A stretch of DNA of 64,000 nucleotides. It comes from Patescibacteria group bacterium (lineage in GTDB: Bacteria > Patescibacteriota > Microgenomatia > Levybacterales > UBA12049). The position numbers and the translations under genes were made by a program. Below, in pieces: positions 58,817 through 64,000 of the stretch (within the stretch, counting starts at the first letter, position 1; each line of letters begins with the position of its first letter). Below the pieces are notes generated by a model that saw nothing but the letters and a program-made list of their open reading frames with translations, did no database searches and was not told the DNA's origin. The stretch lies in assembly GCA_023484045.1 (NCBI GenBank), contig JAMDAA010000018.1, positions 4 through 64,003 of the forward strand. Reading direction: 5' to 3'.

Positions 58817-59209
58817 ATGGAAAGTTTTAGGGATTTTATGCGACGGATTAAGTCCGAGCGAAAAGAAATCCCGGGCGAACAAATAAGAGCACGTAGGGAA
58901 AACCTGTATACCCCACATTTTCGAAAACTTCTCGAAATAACTTCGCGCGCGATGAAAGAAGAAAAGGTCGGTATTATTAATGTCACTAAAAGCTCAAATC
59001 AAGACTCAGTATCCAAAGATTTGATAAGACTTGTTCTTACCACTTCTGAAGATTTTACTTTATTCGATCAATTGGTTAACCAAAAAGCAGTGGTATTTTT
59101 TGAAAACCATAAAAGGATAGGAGAAAAAGACAAAGATATATATTCCGAACTATATCATCACATGAGGGCCGAGTGCGTTTATATTGCTACTGATGTTCAA
59201 AAAACTTAA
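58817..59209 (+). CDS. hypothetical protein
   Basis: 130 aa ORF; no domain. Confidence 0.35.
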   Translation: MESFRDFMRRIKSERKEIPGEQIRARRENLYTPHFRKLLEITSRAMKEEKVGIINVTKSSNQDSVSKDLIRLVLTTSEDFTLFDQLVNQKAVVFFENHKRIGEKDKDIYSELYHHMRAECVYIATDVQKT

Positions 59210-61542
59210 GGGGTCGGCGTCGGAGTCAGAGTTATAGTTGGGGTTGGAGTGTCGGTAACTTCCCGCGTCGATGTTTCGGTCGGTTTGTGATATAAAGGAT
59301 CGTCTTTATAATTTTCATTTACCCAATCATTGATCCCTTGCTGCCATCTGTTTTCTCCGTCGGTCGAAACAGGATCTTTTTCCAAAAAAACGATGAATTT
59401 ACGTATATCATATTCTCCTTTATCGATTTCTGACTGGCTCGCGAGTTTATTTGTGTCGGCTTTAGAAACTTTAACGTCTTGATAAATCGGACTCGGACCT
59501 TGTGGTTCTGTTCCTTTTATAAAGTATTCCGATCGTGTCGGTTTACCATCAACAGGCGCACCACCGCCGTAAGCATCGATTGTTAGCGAGACAACATTAT
59601 CTGGTTTTTCAAAATCAGTACTCGGAAAATTTTTTAAAGCTTCCATAATAATTCTTCTCCAAATCGGCGCCGCGCCTGTTACACCCGACGCGATATTTCC
59701 CATCGGAGAATTGTCGTTATTCCCAACCCAAGTTAGCACTAAAATATTCGGTGTCCACCCGACTGTCCAGTTATCCCTTTTATCGTCGGTCGTTCCTGTT
59801 TTTACAGCGATCGGTTTTCCGTTAATGTTTAAATAGCTGTTTTCGCCAAAAGTTAAAAGTCTTGCATTGTTATCTAGAAGCATTTGAGAAATTATAAACG
59901 CGACTTCCGAGCTCAAAACTCTCTTTTTCTGAACTTCTTTATTTTCGTATAATACTTTTCCCTTGTAATCCGTAACTTTAAGGATCGATGCTGGTTCTGC
60001 TTCATACCCGCCATTCGCAAAAGCCGTATACGCAGCTGCTAAATCCAACGGTTTTACTTCTCCTCCTCCGAGTGTTAATGATAATCCAAAACGTTTTATG
60101 TTTTCGTCGGTCGGCGCGAGCGTCGTTAATCCCATATTACTTGCTGTTGTCAACATATCTTTTAAACCAACCAGTGCCAAAAGTTTAACCGCAGGAATGT
60201 TTATCGAAGAGGCCAAAGCAGACCTAAGCTGTAACGGCCCGTGAAACTTTCCGTCGTAATTTTGAGGTATATAATCTTTTCCTCCCTGATTCGGAAAAAC
60301 AGTCTTAACATCCATCAAAAGAGTCGCTGCCGTGTATCCCTTAGAAAGCGCTGTCGCGTAAGTAACGGGTTTTATCGCAGATCCAGGCTGTCTTATACCT
60401 TGAGTTATTACATTAAATTGACCTTCAAAAGGGGCTGTTTCTGTTTTTGAAATTTCTGTCTCTTTTGCAAAAAAATCTTTGCTCCCGACCATCACTAAAA
60501 TTTGTCCTGTTTTTGGATCTAAAACAACACTCGCACCATTTTCAACATTTAGATATCTCGCATTCGCGACTTCTTCTTTTACGATCTTTTCTGCTTGTTC
60601 CTGCAATTTGTAATTCAGCGTTGTTGTAACTTGCAAACCTCCGTTTTCAACATAATCTTCGCCGAATTGCTTAACGAGTTGATCTTTAACATAAAAAGAA
60701 AAATGCGGCGCTTTTATCGAAGCCGTTTGTTCTAAAAATTTAACGTAAGGAAGTGCCTTAACCGCATCTTCTTCCTGTCTTTTTGTGATATACCCGTCTT
60801 CTTTCATGCGTCGAAGAACCTGTTTTGTGCGATCCATATAGGCCTTCGGATGAGAACCATATGGGGAATAATACGACGGTAACTGTGGCATTCCGGCCAA
60901 AACTGCCGATTCGACCAAATCTAAATCCTTTGCTTTTTTTCCAAAATAATTTTCCGATGCGACTTCCACACCAACCATCGATCCTCCGTACGGCGCGGCG
61001 TTTAAATAAAGCTCTAAAATTTGATCCTTGTTGTATTTTTGGTCGACCTGAATCGCGAGCATAAACTCTTTAATTTTTCTCGGAATTGTCCTTTCCGATG
61101 TCAAAAGAGTATTTTTAACAAGCTGTTGGGTAAGAGTTGATGCTCCGGTAACTCTTCTAAAAAGAAGAAAATCGCGCGCGGCCCTAAGATATCCACTGAT
61201 CGAAAACCCTTGATTTTTATAGAAATCTTTGTCTTCGACCGCAATCGTGGCCTGTTGCAAGGTTTTCGGAATATCATTGAGAGCAACATACGCCCTGTTC
61301 TGATTTTCGTATATATCATAAAGGACAATACCGTTCCGGTCAAAAATTCGGGTCGACTTGGAAAAATTACTCGCAGAAAGTTTTCCCGGCGTAGGAAGAT
61401 CTTTGCCATACCAGAAAAAAAGGACAACAGTTAAAATGATCAAACCGATAAGCCCGAAAAAAGCAAACTTTGAAATTCTACTGAGGAGAAATATGTTGGC
61501 CGATCCACCAAGTCTTCTACGCCGGCTGCGGTAATATTCCAT
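59206..61542 (-). CDS. class A penicillin-binding protein (PBP1A-type transglycosylase/transpeptidase) with C-terminal Pro/Thr tail
   Basis: GT51 'EDKDFYKNQGFS', 'RKIKE', transpeptidase 'SAIKP', 'SIN', 'KTGTT'; C-terminal 'TPTPTITLTPTPTP'. Confidence 0.85.
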   Translation of the reverse strand: MEYYRSRRRRLGGSANIFLLSRISKFAFFGLIGLIILTVVLFFWYGKDLPTPGKLSASNFSKSTRIFDRNGIVLYDIYENQNRAYVALNDIPKTLQQATIAVEDKDFYKNQGFSISGYLRAARDFLLFRRVTGASTLTQQLVKNTLLTSERTIPRKIKEFMLAIQVDQKYNKDQILELYLNAAPYGGSMVGVEVASENYFGKKAKDLDLVESAVLAGMPQLPSYYSPYGSHPKAYMDRTKQVLRRMKEDGYITKRQEEDAVKALPYVKFLEQTASIKAPHFSFYVKDQLVKQFGEDYVENGGLQVTTTLNYKLQEQAEKIVKEEVANARYLNVENGASVVLDPKTGQILVMVGSKDFFAKETEISKTETAPFEGQFNVITQGIRQPGSAIKPVTYATALSKGYTAATLLMDVKTVFPNQGGKDYIPQNYDGKFHGPLQLRSALASSINIPAVKLLALVGLKDMLTTASNMGLTTLAPTDENIKRFGLSLTLGGGEVKPLDLAAAYTAFANGGYEAEPASILKVTDYKGKVLYENKEVQKKRVLSSEVAFIISQMLLDNNARLLTFGENSYLNINGKPIAVKTGTTDDKRDNWTVGWTPNILVLTWVGNNDNSPMGNIASGVTGAAPIWRRIIMEALKNFPSTDFEKPDNVVSLTIDAYGGGAPVDGKPTRSEYFIKGTEPQGPSPIYQDVKVSKADTNKLASQSEIDKGEYDIRKFIVFLEKDPVSTDGENRWQQGINDWVNENYKDDPLYHKPTETSTREVTDTPTPTITLTPTPTP

Positions 61543-61584
61543 AAGATCAATTATACCAAAATTGAGAAAAAATATGCTATACTT

Positions 61585-62763
61585 GTGCTTATGGACAAGG
61601 TCGAAGAACTTTTAGCGCGCGGAGTCGCGAACATAATCCCAAATAAAAAGAGCTTGGAAGAACTTTTAAAATCCGGAAAGAAACTTAAAATTTATAACGG
61701 AGCTGATCCGACAGCAACCAGACTCCATTTGGGACATGCCGTTCCTTTAAGAAAGCTTCAAAAATTCACGGAATTAGGACACGAAGTCTTTTTTCTTATC
61801 GGAGATTTTACTGCATTAATCGGCGACAACTCGGATAAAGATACGGAAAGACCTGCTCTAACTCCCGATCAGGTTAAGGAAAATTTCCGAACATACAAAC
61901 AGCAGGCGAGCAAAATTTTGGATTTCGATAAAGTAAAAGTTGTTTTTAACAGCGAATGGCTCAATAAATTAAGTTTCGGTGATGTTATAAAACTCTCTCA
62001 ATATTTTTCTGTAAATGATTTTTTAGGAAGAGAGCTAATAAGGAAACGCCTTGATGAAAGAAAAAGAGTAGGACTCCATGAATTCCTCTATCCAATAGCA
62101 CAAGGGTATGATCATTATCATTTAAATGCAGACTTACAAATAGGCGGAACAGAACAAATATTTAATATGCAAGCGGGAAGAACACTTCTTAAAATCCTGA
62201 CAGAAAAAGAATCCTTTTTAATGACATTTGATACTCTGGAAGGAACCGATGGGCGGAAGATGAGTAAAAGCTGGGGGAATGCAATATGGCTAGAAGATTC
62301 TTCTGCCGATATGTTTGCGAAAGTGATGGCGATCAAAGACGAATTGATTGTTCCATATTTTATTCTTGCGACTGATGTTTCTTTTGATGAAGTAAAAAAC
62401 ATTAAATCGAAACTCGAAAATGGCGAAAACCCGATGGGTTTTAAAAAACAACTCGCGACTCAAATCGTGACCGAACTTTATGATAAGGATGAAGCCGAAA
62501 GCGCCGCGCAAAGTTTTAGAAAAACAGTTCAAGAAAAAGCGATTCCCGAAGATATCAAAACGCGAACTTTCACCTCGACCGCAACTATTACGGATATTTT
62601 GCTTGAATCTGAAATCTCGTCGAGTAAATCAGACGCAAAAAGATTGATCGAACAGGGTGGAGTAGCGATCGATGATAAAATAATTACCGATCCAAACGCA
62701 CCCGCGCAAGAAGGAATTATTCGGGCCGGAAAAAGAAGATTTGTAAACATAAAAATTGAATAA
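61585..62763 (+). CDS. tyrS: tyrosine--tRNA ligase
   Basis: HIGH 'RLHLGHAVP', 'KMSKS', S4-like C-terminal domain. Confidence 0.9.
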   Translation: MLMDKVEELLARGVANIIPNKKSLEELLKSGKKLKIYNGADPTATRLHLGHAVPLRKLQKFTELGHEVFFLIGDFTALIGDNSDKDTERPALTPDQVKENFRTYKQQASKILDFDKVKVVFNSEWLNKLSFGDVIKLSQYFSVNDFLGRELIRKRLDERKRVGLHEFLYPIAQGYDHYHLNADLQIGGTEQIFNMQAGRTLLKILTEKESFLMTFDTLEGTDGRKMSKSWGNAIWLEDSSADMFAKVMAIKDELIVPYFILATDVSFDEVKNIKSKLENGENPMGFKKQLATQIVTELYDKDEAESAAQSFRKTVQEKAIPEDIKTRTFTSTATITDILLESEISSSKSDAKRLIEQGGVAIDDKIITDPNAPAQEGIIRAGKRRFVNIKIE

Positions 62764-62775
62764 CTGCTCATAAAA

Positions 62776-64000
62776 ATGGGCATAATAAACGAAAAATACG
62801 CTCTGCTCAGCGTTTACGATAAAACAGGAATTATCGATTTTGCAAAAGTTTTATCCTCTTTAAATTATAAAATTATCTCAACCGGAGGGACTGCAAAAGT
62901 TTTGACCGAAAATGGAATCGGTGTTATCCCGATTCAACAAATAACCGGAAACCCCGAAAGCTTTGACGGAAGAATGAAAACGATTAGTTTCCAAATCGAA
63001 TCCGGAATTTTGTTTAACCGGAATAATCCTTCACACGTAAGACAAGCCAGAAAATTAAAAATAAAACCGATCGATATTGTTGTTTGCAATCTTTATCCAT
63101 TCGAAAAAACGGTTTCGAAAAAATCTGTTTTAATAAATGATGCGATTGAATCGATCGATGTCGGCGGTCCCACGATGATCAGGGCCGCGGCAAAAAATTT
63201 TAAAAATGTTTTAGTCATCGTCGATCCGAATGACTACAAATCTATTAGTCTGTTACTACATAGTGGTGGAGTAAGCGAAAAGGTTAAAAAAGAATTGGCA
63301 GCAAAAGCATTTTCGCATCTCTCTTTTTATGATTCTCAAATCGCGTACTTTTTAAAAGAGGAGTTATTTACAGAGGAGGTAACAATTCCCGGTCGAAAAA
63401 TGCTTGATCTAAGATACGGCGAGAACCCGCATCAAAAATCCGCTTTTTACGTTCAGCCAAACAGTAATTCGATCTTAGAAAATCTTAAGCATCTTTGGGG
63501 AAGAGACCTGTCGCTTGTTAATGTGATCGATATTAACGCCGGAATCGAAGCCGTTAGGCTTTTTAAAGAAAACGCCGCGGCCGTTATTAAACACGCAAAT
63601 CCTTGCGGAATCGCACTCGGAAAAAGTATTGCTGAGGCGCTAAAAAGAGCCATCGACGCCGATCCCGAATCTGCCTTTGGCGGAATTGTTGTTTTAAACA
63701 AAGAAATGGATTTAAATGCGGCAAAAATAATCGGAGAATTTAAGGACGAAAGAAAAAGCAACGTCGATATTGTTGCAATTCCGGAAATTACGAAAGATGC
63801 TTTGGAATATCTTAAAAAATTGCGAAAGTCGATGGGAATATACACGTTTGACTCGATTCATAAATTAGATAAAAAATCATTAAATATAAAATTTGTCGAC
63901 GGAGGATTTATTTTGCAGTCAATCGATAAGGATATTGATCGAAGTTTTTCGAAATGGAGGGTTGTGACAAAGGTAAAACCAGCAAAAAAACAACTCGAGC
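62776..64000 (+). CDS. purH: bifunctional AICAR transformylase/IMP cyclohydrolase (3'-truncated by window end)
   Basis: hand translation: MGS-like 'LSVYDKTGI...KIISTGGTAK', 'RYGENPHQ', 'DPESAFGGIVVLN'; not in ORF track because no stop within window. Confidence 0.8.
   Translation, partial: MGIINEKYALLSVYDKTGIIDFAKVLSSLNYKIISTGGTAKVLTENGIGVIPIQQITGNPESFDGRMKTISFQIESGILFNRNNPSHVRQARKLKIKPIDIVVCNLYPFEKTVSKKSVLINDAIESIDVGGPTMIRAAAKNFKNVLVIVDPNDYKSISLLLHSGGVSEKVKKELAAKAFSHLSFYDSQIAYFLKEELFTEEVTIPGRKMLDLRYGENPHQKSAFYVQPNSNSILENLKHLWGRDLSLVNVIDINAGIEAVRLFKENAAAVIKHANPCGIALGKSIAEALKRAIDADPESAFGGIVVLNKEMDLNAAKIIGEFKDERKSNVDIVAIPEITKDALEYLKKLRKSMGIYTFDSIHKLDKKSLNIKFVDGGFILQSIDKDIDRSFSKWRVVTKVKPAKKQLE

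Overview
This is an AT-rich window (roughly 30-35% GC by eye) from a small-genome bacterium. The Pro/Thr linkers, the sortase and SipW genes, and the truncated aminoacyl-tRNA synthetases suggest a Candidate Phyla Radiation or Microgenomates-like organism, but that assignment is inference only. The housekeeping backbone carries gdhA, mntP, typA, a DEAD-box helicase, ahcY next to a PfkB kinase, tig, thrS-infC-rpmI-rplT, pheS/pheT, tyrS, purH (partial), a class A PBP and a subtilisin. Three accessory themes lie between these genes. First, a convergent cell-surface locus (about 38.5-46.7 kb) pairs a TasA/camelysin-like protein, a SipW-type signal peptidase and a protein with a SipW-cognate signal against a sortase, an LPXTG protein and giant Asn/Thr/Gly-repeat proteins; both operons have leader terminator hairpins. 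Second, there is a tRNA hotspot with seven tRNAs and several tRNA fragments. Each of three small GIY-YIG nuclease genes sits immediately 3' of a tRNA on the same strand, and one is embedded between a tRNA-Val 5' fragment and the intact tRNA-Val. Third, two paralogous IS200-like Y1 (RAYT-like) transposases are each bracketed by ACACCC-N-GGGTGT palindromes, and a solo palindrome splits pheS from pheT. The window also contains dispersed GC-rich repeat modules, GC-rich in-frame insertions in coding genes (an HD-domain protein and the tig leader), decayed pseudogenes (an SDR fragment and a frameshifted alpha/beta hydrolase), a MarR-HlyD-EmrA-EmrB efflux operon, and a compositionally atypical island of hypothetical genes beside the tRNA cluster. 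No rRNA and no CRISPR array were seen.
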